NCBI GenBank assembly: GCA_023954715.1
Contig: JAGSHD010000001.1
Location: 556,468-600,611, forward strand
Direction: 5' to 3'
Source: Candidatus Cloacimonadota bacterium
GTDB lineage: Bacteria > Muiribacteriota > UBA6191
DNA length: 44,144 bases
Shown: piece by piece, positions 27,751 to 37,613 of the stretch
Position numbering within the stretch: the first letter of the stretch is position 1
Layout of the letters: every line of letters begins with the position of its first letter
The notes under the pieces: model-generated
What the model was told of the DNA's origin: nothing
What the model saw: only the letters and a program-made list of their open reading frames with translations
The model's database searches: none
Position numbers and translations under genes: made by a program

Positions 27751-29091
27751 TTATCTTCTGCTTCGTGGATACTGAAATGAAAACTCAATGTTTTGCTTAT
27801 CTTCTACAAAAGTCAGCTTTACTTTATATTTTGTATGTGGAGTCAGCTCAAACTCTACTCGATAAGCACTTGATTTTCTAACAGACTCTGGTGTATTTAC
27901 TGTTTTCATCTCTTTTGACTTTATCAGCTTTTTACCTTGATATATCTCAACTTTTATTGCTTTTGTATATAATCCTAACTCCGATGACCTATGAAATATT
28001 AACCAAGCCAGAGATTTCTTTTTACCTGATCGATATGTCCCTGTTAGGCAATAGTAAAACTCATCGCTCAAGTTAGACTTTTTAATGGGTATCTGATTTT
28101 CTATTAAAACGATTTCATGCTCTACTTCTGAAAAGTCTCTCTCCTGATCCCATATATTTGCATAACTTTGTGGAACCAAAATTATTGCTAATAAGAGTAT
28201 TTTGGCTGTAAGCCTATTGGTTGGACATATTGAAGTACAACGCATACATAAATCACAAGATGGGTCTTTGGCAACTGATTTAGGAGATAATCCTAACCAA
28301 CAATTTTCATTGCAAAGATCACATCCTTTTTCACATAAGTGTTTTTCTTTGTATGTAATAAATACTCTTCTAAACTCTCCGAGATAACTTAAAAATAAAC
28401 CTGTTGGACACCAATTTTTACAAAAACTTGTTGGATTTAAAATCTCATACCCAAGAACCATTACTATGATAACTAACCAAAGTCCAAACCCTCCAAATAA
28501 AACGTAATCACTCATAGCATGTTGTAACATGGCTGGTGGAAGTACATATTGTATGAGTAATGGGTTTAAAATTAATATCAATAACATAACCCCAAAATAT
28601 GCTTTACGGTTTTTGTCTTTTTTTACTAAGAGCTTCTCAATTTTAAGATACTTTCTGATTCGTAAATTAAGATTAACAATGAATGACATAGGACAAATAT
28701 AACTACAGTATATTCTACCTGCTATCAGTGCTAATATAATTGGTGTTATTAAAGAAAAAGCCATTGTGTAAGACCAATAATTAAAGTTAAAAAGATTTTG
28801 TAAAGTATATACAAACGAAGTAAATGGCTCAGAAAAGTGAATATTATAAAATCTAACACTATATGGCCCACCACTTACTTGGGTAAAAAACTCTCCTATC
28901 ACCCCCATAATATATTGATCGTAAACCAACAATTTTTGTACAATATAATTATTTTGTATCAACGGTGAGTTTAAATATGGGTATGGATCTTGCCTAAATG
29001 TTCTTATGATTTGAATCAATGGAGAGATCACTAGTAGTAGTATAAAAAACAATTGACTAAATCTTCTTAAATAAAGTAATAATCTAAACAT
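27751..29091 (-). CDS. NapH/CcoG-family membrane-bound polyferredoxin with a C-terminal periplasmic beta domain
   Basis: Multiple TM helices, the CPMSF motif, two 4Fe-4S-type Cys clusters (CEKGCDLCNENC and CDLCMRCTSICP), then a ~150-aa soluble C-terminal domain. It overlaps the napG-like gene by 8 nt. Confidence 0.7.
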   Translation of the reverse strand: MFRLLLYLRRFSQLFFILLLVISPLIQIIRTFRQDPYPYLNSPLIQNNYIVQKLLVYDQYIMGVIGEFFTQVSGGPYSVRFYNIHFSEPFTSFVYTLQNLFNFNYWSYTMAFSLITPIILALIAGRIYCSYICPMSFIVNLNLRIRKYLKIEKLLVKKDKNRKAYFGVMLLILILNPLLIQYVLPPAMLQHAMSDYVLFGGFGLWLVIIVMVLGYEILNPTSFCKNWCPTGLFLSYLGEFRRVFITYKEKHLCEKGCDLCNENCWLGLSPKSVAKDPSCDLCMRCTSICPTNRLTAKILLLAIILVPQSYANIWDQERDFSEVEHEIVLIENQIPIKKSNLSDEFYYCLTGTYRSGKKKSLAWLIFHRSSELGLYTKAIKVEIYQGKKLIKSKEMKTVNTPESVRKSSAYRVEFELTPHTKYKVKLTFVEDKQNIEFSFQYPRSRR

Positions 29092-29713
29092 GTTGAGTCT
29101 CCTTTCTTTCTACAATAATAGCTGATGGAAACTGCGGACACCTTTCTTCACAGCGCCCACAGCCAATACAAACCTCATTATCAATAATTGGTTTTGCTAT
29201 TGGCTTTAACTTTATGGCCTCCCCTTTTAATGGACATGCATCATGACATACTCCACATACTCGACCATTTTCAGATAAACAATGGGATCGAATTACCCTT
29301 GCGTCCCCCATCTTTACTTCTTTTTTTATTGCGTCTTTATTTCTTAAAATTGTTTTTAATGCATCTGTAGGACACACTTGCGTACAATTCATACATAGGT
29401 TACAAGACTTTTTTCTTACGTCTAAATAAGGAGTTCCAGCATATAAAAGCCCTTCGTTCATAGAAAAAAACTCTATGCACCCCGACTCACAGACGTTTGC
29501 ACAAGCTCTACATCGTATACATTTTGATAAAAACTCATCTTCGGACTCCGTACCAGGAGGTCTTAAAAAAGAAAACTTTGGGGTTTGATGCTTAAAAATA
29601 AAGTTACTGGCATGAACAAACTTTAGATATAAGCCACCTATCATAAAGCTAAGAAAACCTAAAACCTGCCTACGACTAAACTCAAAAACATTTACGTGCT
29701 TCTCGTCTTTCAT
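29084..29713 (-). CDS. NapG/MauM-like periplasmic ferredoxin with four [4Fe-4S] motifs and a twin-arginine signal
   Basis: SRRQVLGFL Tat motif. Cys clusters CIRCRACANVC, CNLCMNCTQVCP, CGVCHDACP, CIGCGRCEERCP. Confidence 0.75.
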   Translation of the reverse strand: MKDEKHVNVFEFSRRQVLGFLSFMIGGLYLKFVHASNFIFKHQTPKFSFLRPPGTESEDEFLSKCIRCRACANVCESGCIEFFSMNEGLLYAGTPYLDVRKKSCNLCMNCTQVCPTDALKTILRNKDAIKKEVKMGDARVIRSHCLSENGRVCGVCHDACPLKGEAIKLKPIAKPIIDNEVCIGCGRCEERCPQFPSAIIVERKETQHV

Positions 29714-29937
29714 CTTTATACCTACCTCTCTATTTCTAAATACATTAAGAAGACCTGTATATCATAATTAATTAGCAAATTTCGAGCCAACTCAATATTC
29801 TATGTTAAACTCTCTTTTTTCCTCTATATATACTGTACTTATCGGTTGGTAGGCTTTTGTAATGGTAATATCGTAGACATTATGACTCATTTCTAATACA
29901 CTATGATGTATCTGACAAATCATATCATGAGGACTCT

Positions 29938-30927
29938 ATGAATCACGAAAAACGAAGCGCACAAACCTGTTATGAAGATTTTTACGGAATGCTTTCTGAT
30001 ACAGTTCGAATGAACGCCTACAAAGAAGCAATTAAGAGAAATGTAAATGAAGGAGATATAGTACTAGACCTTGGTGCTGGCACAGGTATTTTGTCTTTTC
30101 TTGCTTTAAAGGCTGGTGCTGCACGAGTCTATGCTATTGAAAAGAGTGATTCAATCGAGCTTGCTAAACAAATAAGCCAAATCAACGGCTTTGATGACAG
30201 AATAGTTTTTATCAATGATAACTCTTCAAATATTGAGTTGGCTGAAAAGGTTGATGTCATCATTTCTGAAACCTTGGGCAGTTTTGGCGTGGATGAAAAC
30301 ACTCTAGAGTTTACCTTAGATGCTCGAGATCGCTTTTTGAAAGAAAACGGAAAACTCATTCCTAGTGGTATTAAGATGTATTTGTGCCCCATCGAAGCCA
30401 AAAAATCTTATGAAAAAATCAACTTCTGGTCTGAAATCGAAGGAATTGACTTTTCTCCTGCTCGCAATATTTTTACGCAAAAAATTATGATTGAAAAAAT
30501 TCAGCAAGATCAATTTTTAGCTGAGCCCGTTTTGTTTAAAGAACTGGATTTTTACAAAGAGTCACGCCTAATTATTGAAAATTTAAATTATTTTAAATTT
30601 AACAGAGCGGGAGTTGTTCATGGTTTTGCTGGATGGTTTGACCTAACATTAGATAGTCAGAGTACTATTAATACTCATCCTTCATGTGAGTCTACTCACT
30701 GGAAACAGGCATTCTTTCCGGCTCAAGACCCTGTCTCCATTATTAAGGGTGATATGCTAGAGCTTAACTTAGAAGTTAGTGCTCAATCAGAGTCTTCAGA
30801 TAATACAAATATCCATTATAATTTTCGTTGTACCCAACTAGCAAATGAGCAAGTAAGCTCAGTTGGTAGAAATGACTTATGTCCCTGTAACAGCGGTAAA
30901 AAATATAAAAAATGTTGTTTGAAGTAA
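29938..30927 (+). CDS. PRMT-like (protein arginine N-methyltransferase fold) SAM-dependent methyltransferase fused to a C-terminal SEC-C zinc-binding motif
   Basis: Motif I VLDLGAGTGILS, post-I AKAGAARVYAIEKS, motif II VDVIISE, double-E loop E-x8-E (SETLGSFGVDE), and THW loop STHWKQ. The C-terminal CPCNSGKKYKKCC matches the SecA SEC-C consensus. Confidence 0.75.
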   Translation: MNHEKRSAQTCYEDFYGMLSDTVRMNAYKEAIKRNVNEGDIVLDLGAGTGILSFLALKAGAARVYAIEKSDSIELAKQISQINGFDDRIVFINDNSSNIELAEKVDVIISETLGSFGVDENTLEFTLDARDRFLKENGKLIPSGIKMYLCPIEAKKSYEKINFWSEIEGIDFSPARNIFTQKIMIEKIQQDQFLAEPVLFKELDFYKESRLIIENLNYFKFNRAGVVHGFAGWFDLTLDSQSTINTHPSCESTHWKQAFFPAQDPVSIIKGDMLELNLEVSAQSESSDNTNIHYNFRCTQLANEQVSSVGRNDLCPCNSGKKYKKCCLK

Positions 30928-30929
30928 CA

Positions 30930-31460
30930 CTATTTTTGTATCTGATTTAAATATCGCTCACACTCTTTTCGTGACTGTAAGTGTACAATCTCAATATGTT
31001 CATAAGCTGGGTTTGATTTTATTGTGTTGTATTTTACTCGATTTTTTTTGTATGTTTTTATTGTCCACCATACAATGGAATCACTTGAAAAAAGGTTTCT
31101 GAAGCTTTCTTTATTGCCTGTATTAGGCCATAACTCTTTTTGGGTGAAGATCCTATTTAATGCTCTTGATATTGATTGATATAGAGTTTGAATAATATTT
31201 AAATCTACCCATATAATTGTATCTACTTTTTTCCATTTTATCGGGGTCGTTCTTGTGTAGTTACCATCAAGCACCCAATCATCTTGATCTAGCGCCTTTT
31301 CAAGCCTCTCAAAAAGCACCTTATCATTTGGCATACTCCAATTTTTACCCCAAAATAAAGCATCCATCTCTACATAAGGAATATTTAACTTTTTAGATAG
31401 TTTTTTTGCAAAGGTACTTTTACCACTACCACTCGTACCAATCACATTAATTTTTTTCAC
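30930..31460 (-). CDS. P-loop nucleotide/nucleoside kinase-like protein (adenylate-kinase-like fold, topology-modulation-protein-like)
   Basis: N-terminal Walker A VIGTSGSGKSTFAKKL. Small size (176 aa) with a lid-like region. Confidence 0.55.
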   Translation of the reverse strand: MKKINVIGTSGSGKSTFAKKLSKKLNIPYVEMDALFWGKNWSMPNDKVLFERLEKALDQDDWVLDGNYTRTTPIKWKKVDTIIWVDLNIIQTLYQSISRALNRIFTQKELWPNTGNKESFRNLFSSDSIVWWTIKTYKKNRVKYNTIKSNPAYEHIEIVHLQSRKECERYLNQIQK

Positions 31461-31776
31461 AGCACCCTCAAATCAAGATTATTAGTAACTATTCAGCTAC
31501 TATTTTTCAATTTATTTACAAATGTTGATTACAACTAGGTTTTTGATCATTATTATATTTTGTATTTAAAGATTTTGAAGTGTAGTGAACTACTCGAAAA
31601 AAACTTTAAACACAAAAGATGATGATGAGCTAAACCGCATAAATAAAGCAAAAAACTACGAGAAACTTATATGATCCTCAACTTTTTTCGAAGAGACCAT
31701 CTGAATAATTACGATTATTATTCAATTGTATTAAGTCTATACAATAAACAAGTAAAATAAAAATTTTTATTATAAC

Positions 31777-34700
31777 TTATTGGCCTATCTCTAGGTCTAA
31801 CAATCGATTGGCCTTAATGTTAATCACTCCATCTTTTGAGACTCTTCGCCCCTCTGCAATTATAAAGTTAGATCGCCTAAAAATAATCCTATATTGCTCA
31901 TAAATTAATGGGGGTAATATGATGTTCATCATTCCAAACTCATCCTCTAATGTTAAAAATGCAAAGCCTTTAGCAGTAGGAGGACGTTGCCTGCAAACAC
32001 TCATTCCCGCTACTTTTAAAATATGTCCATTTCTAACTGTTTTTAATCTTGTAGAAGGAACAACCCCTGTTTTCACTAAGCTATCTCTCACCAATTTTAA
32101 TGGGTGTGTGGATGCAGAAAATCCTATAGATGAAAACTCATTTTGTAGCTTACTCCAATCACTTTCACTAGGAAGATCAGGCTCTTTTTCTTTCACTTGT
32201 ATCCATGATTTTTGTAAACTCCTCTTTTTATAAGCCCATAAACTCCATAATAACTCTCGTCTTGCTTGTTTAAAACAGTCAAAAGCTCCAGCTAGTATCA
32301 TATATTCAATTTTTTTATGATCCATATCTGTTCTATCTATAAAATCATACAGTCCTTCAAATATTTTTTCAGACCGAATAGAGTATATTTTTTCGCAAGC
32401 TGATATGGATAAACCTTTGATTAAATTTAATCCAATAAAAATTTTATTAGCTGCTCCAAAACAATATATTTCACTCTTATTAACACTAGGAGGAATGATT
32501 TCTATCCCATGATGCTTAGCATCTTGAATAATTACCTCATTTGAATAAAACCCCATAGGATGATGGTTTAGTATAGACGCCAAAAACTCTGCTGGATAAT
32601 ATTTTTTATACCAAGCTGACACATAAGTTATTTTTGCAAAAGCAAGCGCATGGGATTTACAAAATCCATATAATGCAAATCCTTCAAGAGCTTTATATAT
32701 GGAGTCAATCGCATCAAAGCTAAGTCCATTTTTTAAAGCTCTTTCAAAAAATACAGATTTTAACTGGGCCATAAGCTCTTTTGATCTTTTTTTACTCATA
32801 TTACGTCGTAATACATCCGCTTCTCCCTCACTAAAATCAGCAATCTCAATAGCCACTTGTAAAATTTGCTCTTGAAATAAAATTACCCCTAAAGTGTCTT
32901 TTAAAATTGGCTCCAAACTTGGGTGGTCATACTCTACCACTTCTTCTTTTTGCCTTCTTCTTATATAAGGATTTACCATCCCTCCTTGGAGTGGACCCGG
33001 TCTTATGATAGCTACTTGAATTGCTAATTCATGGAAGTTTCTTGGTTTTGTGCGAGGCAAACTCTGCATCTGTGCTCTTGACTCTACCTGAAACAAGCCC
33101 ACTGTATCTGCTTTACCCATTATGTCATAAACTCGTGGGTCATCCTCTTCAATATCTCTATAGTCGATCACACGATTTGTCGATTTTTTAATCTGATTTT
33201 TAACATCTCTTAAAACCGATAGCATCCTAAGACCTAAGATATCTACTTTAATTAGTCCAGCCTCCTCTACCATATCTTTATCCCACTGGCATACAACTCT
33301 GTTGTTCATCCTAGCGGGTTCTAGTGGTACAACTCTATGGATAGGTATAGATGATATAAGCATACCTCCCACATGAATCGAAGGATGCCTTGGTATGTTC
33401 ATGATAGCGTGTACCATATTTTGAAATACAATCCATGTTTTGGACTGAAGAAGCTTTGAAAACTCCTCCAATTTTGAAAAATCATCAAATGAAACTTTGG
33501 AGTTGTAAGTGCCGCATGTTTTAGCCATTTTTGATAAAACATGATCTGGAAACTCTAGTACCTTGCCAACTTCTTTTATGGCGCTACGAGCTCTAAATGT
33601 TACAAAAGTACAAACCATAGCTACATGATCATAACCGTACTTTTTATACACATATTGAATGATATCTTCTCGATCAAGCTCATTACCATTTGGGTAGCTA
33701 GCAAAGTCAATATCTATATCCGGAATCGCATCAGAGGATTCATTTAAAAACCTTCCAAAAAATAAATTGTGTTTAATAGGACAAACAGGAGTTATATCTA
33801 ATAAATAGGCTACTAAGGAGTTAGCTGCCGATCCTCTTCCTTGTGCTGGAATATTTTTGCCTAACGAATACTGAACAATATCCCAAACTAATAAAAAGTA
33901 TCCACATAAGGATTTATTTTTAATAACTTTTAGCTCAACCTCAAGTCTTTTATTTACTTCTCCTCTGTCTATGGTATTATTTTCAAAAGATACTCTATAT
34001 TTACGAGGAATCGCCTCATAGCATAGCTTTTGTAAGTAAGAATCTACCTTATACGAAGGTGGCACAGGAAAGTCCGGAAACCTATATTTTGAAAAATCTA
34101 AATTTAAACTACAAGACTCTGATATTTTTTGAGTATTATTTAATACTCTAGGATATTTTTTAAATAAGTCATTCATCTCTTCAAACGACTTTATAAATCT
34201 TTCATGGTTTGCAAATCTCAGACTATGTGACTCTCTTAGATTTACTTTATTTTTAATACATAATAATACATCCTGTAGTTTTGCATCCTCTCTTTTTGCA
34301 TAATGAACCCCGTTACTAGCGATGCACTCTATTTGCCTAGAGCTCGCATATTCATAAATCAAATCACAATGCTTTCTATCTTCTTTTTCTTTATGGTGAT
34401 TTAACTCAAAATACAAGTCTTGTTTATCAATATGTTTTAAATAGCTCGATACCAACTGATCTGCTTGATCTACTTTATTTTTTACTAACAAGTCATGTAA
34501 TACAGTAGATTTAAACCCTATCAAAACAAAAAAGTTATCATTTAACTCTAATAACATTTCATAAGTCGTCTTACTTATCCCCTTTTCTTGGCTTTTTCGT
34601 GATGCTGATATGATTGAGCATAAACTTTCGTAAGCACTTTGATTTTTACAAATCACCAAAATTTTATCGTTATTTTCTAATAATAAAATTGAGCCAATGA

Positions 34701-34884
34701 TTGGCTTGATCTCTAGCTCTATACATTTTTTGTAAAATGGTATTACTCCATACAAACCGGACTCATCAGTTAATGCAATAGCAGATAAACCCTTCTCCTT
34801 AGCCATAATTACCAAGTCTTCTGGGCTCGAAGAAGCACATAAAAACGAAAAATAACTCTGACTATGTAACTCTGAAAAAGACAT
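31777..34884 (-). CDS. dnaE2: error-prone DNA polymerase III alpha paralogue DnaE2 (ImuC)
   Basis: N-terminal PHP domain (ELHSQSYFSFLCASSSPEDL), polymerase core (GRGSAANSLVAYLLDITPV, DIDIDF), OB-fold C-terminus. At 1035 aa it lacks the tau/beta-binding tail of DnaE1. It sits immediately downstream of the imuB-like gene. Confidence 0.85.
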   Translation of the reverse strand: MSFSELHSQSYFSFLCASSSPEDLVIMAKEKGLSAIALTDESGLYGVIPFYKKCIELEIKPIIGSILLLENNDKILVICKNQSAYESLCSIISASRKSQEKGISKTTYEMLLELNDNFFVLIGFKSTVLHDLLVKNKVDQADQLVSSYLKHIDKQDLYFELNHHKEKEDRKHCDLIYEYASSRQIECIASNGVHYAKREDAKLQDVLLCIKNKVNLRESHSLRFANHERFIKSFEEMNDLFKKYPRVLNNTQKISESCSLNLDFSKYRFPDFPVPPSYKVDSYLQKLCYEAIPRKYRVSFENNTIDRGEVNKRLEVELKVIKNKSLCGYFLLVWDIVQYSLGKNIPAQGRGSAANSLVAYLLDITPVCPIKHNLFFGRFLNESSDAIPDIDIDFASYPNGNELDREDIIQYVYKKYGYDHVAMVCTFVTFRARSAIKEVGKVLEFPDHVLSKMAKTCGTYNSKVSFDDFSKLEEFSKLLQSKTWIVFQNMVHAIMNIPRHPSIHVGGMLISSIPIHRVVPLEPARMNNRVVCQWDKDMVEEAGLIKVDILGLRMLSVLRDVKNQIKKSTNRVIDYRDIEEDDPRVYDIMGKADTVGLFQVESRAQMQSLPRTKPRNFHELAIQVAIIRPGPLQGGMVNPYIRRRQKEEVVEYDHPSLEPILKDTLGVILFQEQILQVAIEIADFSEGEADVLRRNMSKKRSKELMAQLKSVFFERALKNGLSFDAIDSIYKALEGFALYGFCKSHALAFAKITYVSAWYKKYYPAEFLASILNHHPMGFYSNEVIIQDAKHHGIEIIPPSVNKSEIYCFGAANKIFIGLNLIKGLSISACEKIYSIRSEKIFEGLYDFIDRTDMDHKKIEYMILAGAFDCFKQARRELLWSLWAYKKRSLQKSWIQVKEKEPDLPSESDWSKLQNEFSSIGFSASTHPLKLVRDSLVKTGVVPSTRLKTVRNGHILKVAGMSVCRQRPPTAKGFAFLTLEDEFGMMNIILPPLIYEQYRIIFRRSNFIIAEGRRVSKDGVINIKANRLLDLEIGQ

Positions 34885-36360
34885 CTAAATGGAGTATTTA
34901 GTATAAAACCACTCTTGATCGCAACGATCAAAAAATATAGATGAAATTTGACCCTCTAATAAAAGGAGTAAAAAGTATTGTCTTTGAATCGGTTTTTCTA
35001 GCCACCATTCATCTTCAAAAATCCATGATCTTAATATTTTTTTTATAAAATAAGAACGACCCTTTAAATCAAACTTTTTTGGAATGTTTTCTTTTGATAA
35101 AACTCGAATTGGAATTGGCTTTAAAGTCTTTTTTGTCTCATAATTATCATCTACTAAAGTTAAATGTGATCTCTTTTCTGGTAGAATATGGTCTTCATTG
35201 TCCCAATCAAAATTATAAACTTTTAACTTTTTTTTATTTAAACGATGTATGCTCTGATGAATTGACCTCAACTTAGTAGAGCTCTTTAAAAAGTCCATTA
35301 AACTCTCTTGTTTTGAAAATTCAGAAAGTGTCTTGGGTATTTTAACTTTAAAAGCTACTACAGGATGATATAAGCGCATATTTAATAATTGATCTTCTAG
35401 CTGTCTAATCCATGTTTTCATATCACGGTTTGCCTTGGAAAAGCTCATGTCAAAATAAAGTGGAGCTCCTTGATCAAAAATTATTTGAATCGATATTTTA
35501 GCAGTTAATTGATGTCTTTCTTTTAATAGACTATTAAATACTAAAAGCTCAGACTTAATTTCTGAAGTCAAAAATGACAAATCCCATACCCAAGTACTAA
35601 AATACTTTTCTTTTTCTAAAATAATATTAGGATGCGATATCTTTAATGGATTAAAAATTTGACCACGAATTAATTTATATATACGCTCTCCTTCTTGAGA
35701 AAACTGTAAATATAACTCCTTATGTGTTAGACGAAACAAATCTTTAATTTTATATATTCCTAGCTTATACATTTTATTCAAATCTCTATTACTCAAGTTT
35801 AAATATTGAACCGAAATGTCGCCTAAATACTCTGCTTCTTTATTTTTTTTGATTAATAAACATTGCCCAGATTTAATCTTATGTAAAGCTAAATTTGCTA
35901 AAAACTTTGTACTTGCGATACTCACGCATGCTTTTAATTTTAGTTCACTTAAAATAGTACGGATCAATTTTAGACAAAAGTCCGATTGCTTATCCTCTTG
36001 AATCGCTGGATCCAATTCAAAATAAAACAACCCATAATCAGATTTTTCAACTTTTGGGGAGTAGCGATAAATAATTTCAAAAAGATCTTTTTGCTCTTTT
36101 TCTAAAATATTTTGTTCGCTTTGGATAAAACCGGCCTGAAAACATAAAGACTCTGCTTTTTTATGAAGCATTGAGACCTCTACCCCACACCTCGCTGCAA
36201 AACTAGATAAATCAGACACACGCAATGGTAGACTAGATGAATCCAATAAAATATAAGGTTTATCTAAAGGTAAGTTTTTATGCTTAACATGAGCATAAGT
36301 CTTAAAATATGGAATAGATACACAAACAATCATAAAATTATTATGAATTGTTTTAAGCAA
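34885..36360 (-). CDS. imuB: ImuB-like inactive Y-family polymerase paralogue
   Basis: N-terminal Y-family fold with the catalytic Asp replaced (IVCVSIPYF in place of LVDCNNFY), long C-terminal extension, gene abutting dnaE2 (34884/34885). The start may be the TTG at 36360 or the ATG at 36333. Confidence 0.6.
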   Translation of the reverse strand: MLKTIHNNFMIVCVSIPYFKTYAHVKHKNLPLDKPYILLDSSSLPLRVSDLSSFAARCGVEVSMLHKKAESLCFQAGFIQSEQNILEKEQKDLFEIIYRYSPKVEKSDYGLFYFELDPAIQEDKQSDFCLKLIRTILSELKLKACVSIASTKFLANLALHKIKSGQCLLIKKNKEAEYLGDISVQYLNLSNRDLNKMYKLGIYKIKDLFRLTHKELYLQFSQEGERIYKLIRGQIFNPLKISHPNIILEKEKYFSTWVWDLSFLTSEIKSELLVFNSLLKERHQLTAKISIQIIFDQGAPLYFDMSFSKANRDMKTWIRQLEDQLLNMRLYHPVVAFKVKIPKTLSEFSKQESLMDFLKSSTKLRSIHQSIHRLNKKKLKVYNFDWDNEDHILPEKRSHLTLVDDNYETKKTLKPIPIRVLSKENIPKKFDLKGRSYFIKKILRSWIFEDEWWLEKPIQRQYFLLLLLEGQISSIFFDRCDQEWFYTKYSI

Positions 36361-36371
36361 AAACTCAAGAA

Positions 36372-36392
36372 ATATTCGCTAAACATTCGCTT
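36372..36392 (-). promoter_or_regulatory. direct repeat GCGAAT-N5-GCGAAT (plus strand ATTCGC-N5-ATTCGC), candidate SOS/LexA-like operator for imuB-dnaE2
   Basis: ATTCGC at 36374..36379 and 36385..36390, 15-30 bp upstream of the imuB start in a 65-bp intergenic gap. The architecture (tetramer GAAT-N7-GAAT) resembles the alphaproteobacterial GAAC-N7-GAAC direct-repeat LexA box. Confidence 0.3.
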
Positions 36393-36425
36393 TATTTTCT
36401 ATTTTTAATTCAAATAGTTTATATA

Positions 36426-37613
36426 TTATTCACTAAATGTAGAAATAATCTCATTTTCATTTAATCCAGATACAACTTCTGTAAATACATTTCCTTGAGT
36501 TCCTAAGCTAATCTCACGCTCAACAAGCTTACCCAATGCATTTATTTGTACAAAATACTTATCTTGCCTCTCTAGGATGTAAATCCAAGGTATATATATA
36601 CAAGATTTTTTCTTTAGGCTAGTCACTTTGGCTTGTAAGCTTAAACCTGGCGTAAAGTAATCCTCTTTACCTTCAATCTCAAAGGTTAGTTTTACTTCTT
36701 TTAATTTAGAAGCAGGACCTTTCTCTCCCAATCTTTCATTTCTAGTGGTAGCAAATCTTGCTATTTTTACTAGTTTTGCAGAAATTTCATTTGCTGGGTC
36801 TACTTCTAATGATAATTTAGCTAAATCCCCTATTTTTACTTGAGCTGATTCGCTTTGTCTCACGTATACATGAGCCTCAAAAGAGCTCAAGTCAGGAACC
36901 TCTAACAAAAGATCCCCCATATCTACCACGCTACCCTTAGCTATTTTTGACATATTACCGCTTTGCTTTGTATAAGGGTAAAACAATAATCCGTCACTTG
37001 GTGATTTTAGTTTCATTCCTTCAATTTTCCGTTGGAATTTTTCAACCTCTTTTTGAGTCTTTTCTTTGTTTAATTTTGCAATAGATAACTTTGAATCTTC
37101 GTATTCTTTAAATTCATCTACTAGCTTTTGAGCCTGCTTTAATGATAAGTTTGCCGACTTAATCTCTAATTTTGCTTTTTCTTGCTCAATTTTTGGCATT
37201 AAGTCTGAATTATCATTTATCAATAGAAGCTTCGCTTTCTTTAACTCCAAAATCTTTCTATCTAAAGCATTTTTTCTTTTGGCTTCTTCTTTTTTAAGCT
37301 CTAACTCTGCAGTTTTTAAAGAATAACTCTTCAATTTTAAATTACTTTTTTCATCTTCGAATGCTTCTATTAGATCAGAGTCTTCAAATTCGAGAACTAC
37401 TTGCCCCTTTTTTACAAAGACCCCTTCTTTAACCACATTCTTTACCGTATATGCTGAGTACTTTTCAGCTTCTGGGACTCTCAATACAGCCTTCTTTTTT
37501 ACTGACAGTTCTCCCTGAAAATAAAAATCTTCTTTAAAATCTCCTGACTTAACTACAAAGTCTAAAGCTTCAAGATTAGAAACTATAAAAAACATAAATA
37601 AAAAAACAGTCAT
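36426..37613 (-). CDS. HlyD-family periplasmic adaptor (second adaptor of the ABC exporter)
   Basis: Signal/TM N-terminus, long coiled coil (KLKSYSLKTAELELKKEEAKRK...), C-terminal beta-barrel. Its start overlaps the permease stop by 1 nt. Confidence 0.7.
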   Translation of the reverse strand: MTVFLFMFFIVSNLEALDFVVKSGDFKEDFYFQGELSVKKKAVLRVPEAEKYSAYTVKNVVKEGVFVKKGQVVLEFEDSDLIEAFEDEKSNLKLKSYSLKTAELELKKEEAKRKNALDRKILELKKAKLLLINDNSDLMPKIEQEKAKLEIKSANLSLKQAQKLVDEFKEYEDSKLSIAKLNKEKTQKEVEKFQRKIEGMKLKSPSDGLLFYPYTKQSGNMSKIAKGSVVDMGDLLLEVPDLSSFEAHVYVRQSESAQVKIGDLAKLSLEVDPANEISAKLVKIARFATTRNERLGEKGPASKLKEVKLTFEIEGKEDYFTPGLSLQAKVTSLKKKSCIYIPWIYILERQDKYFVQINALGKLVEREISLGTQGNVFTEVVSGLNENEIISTFSE

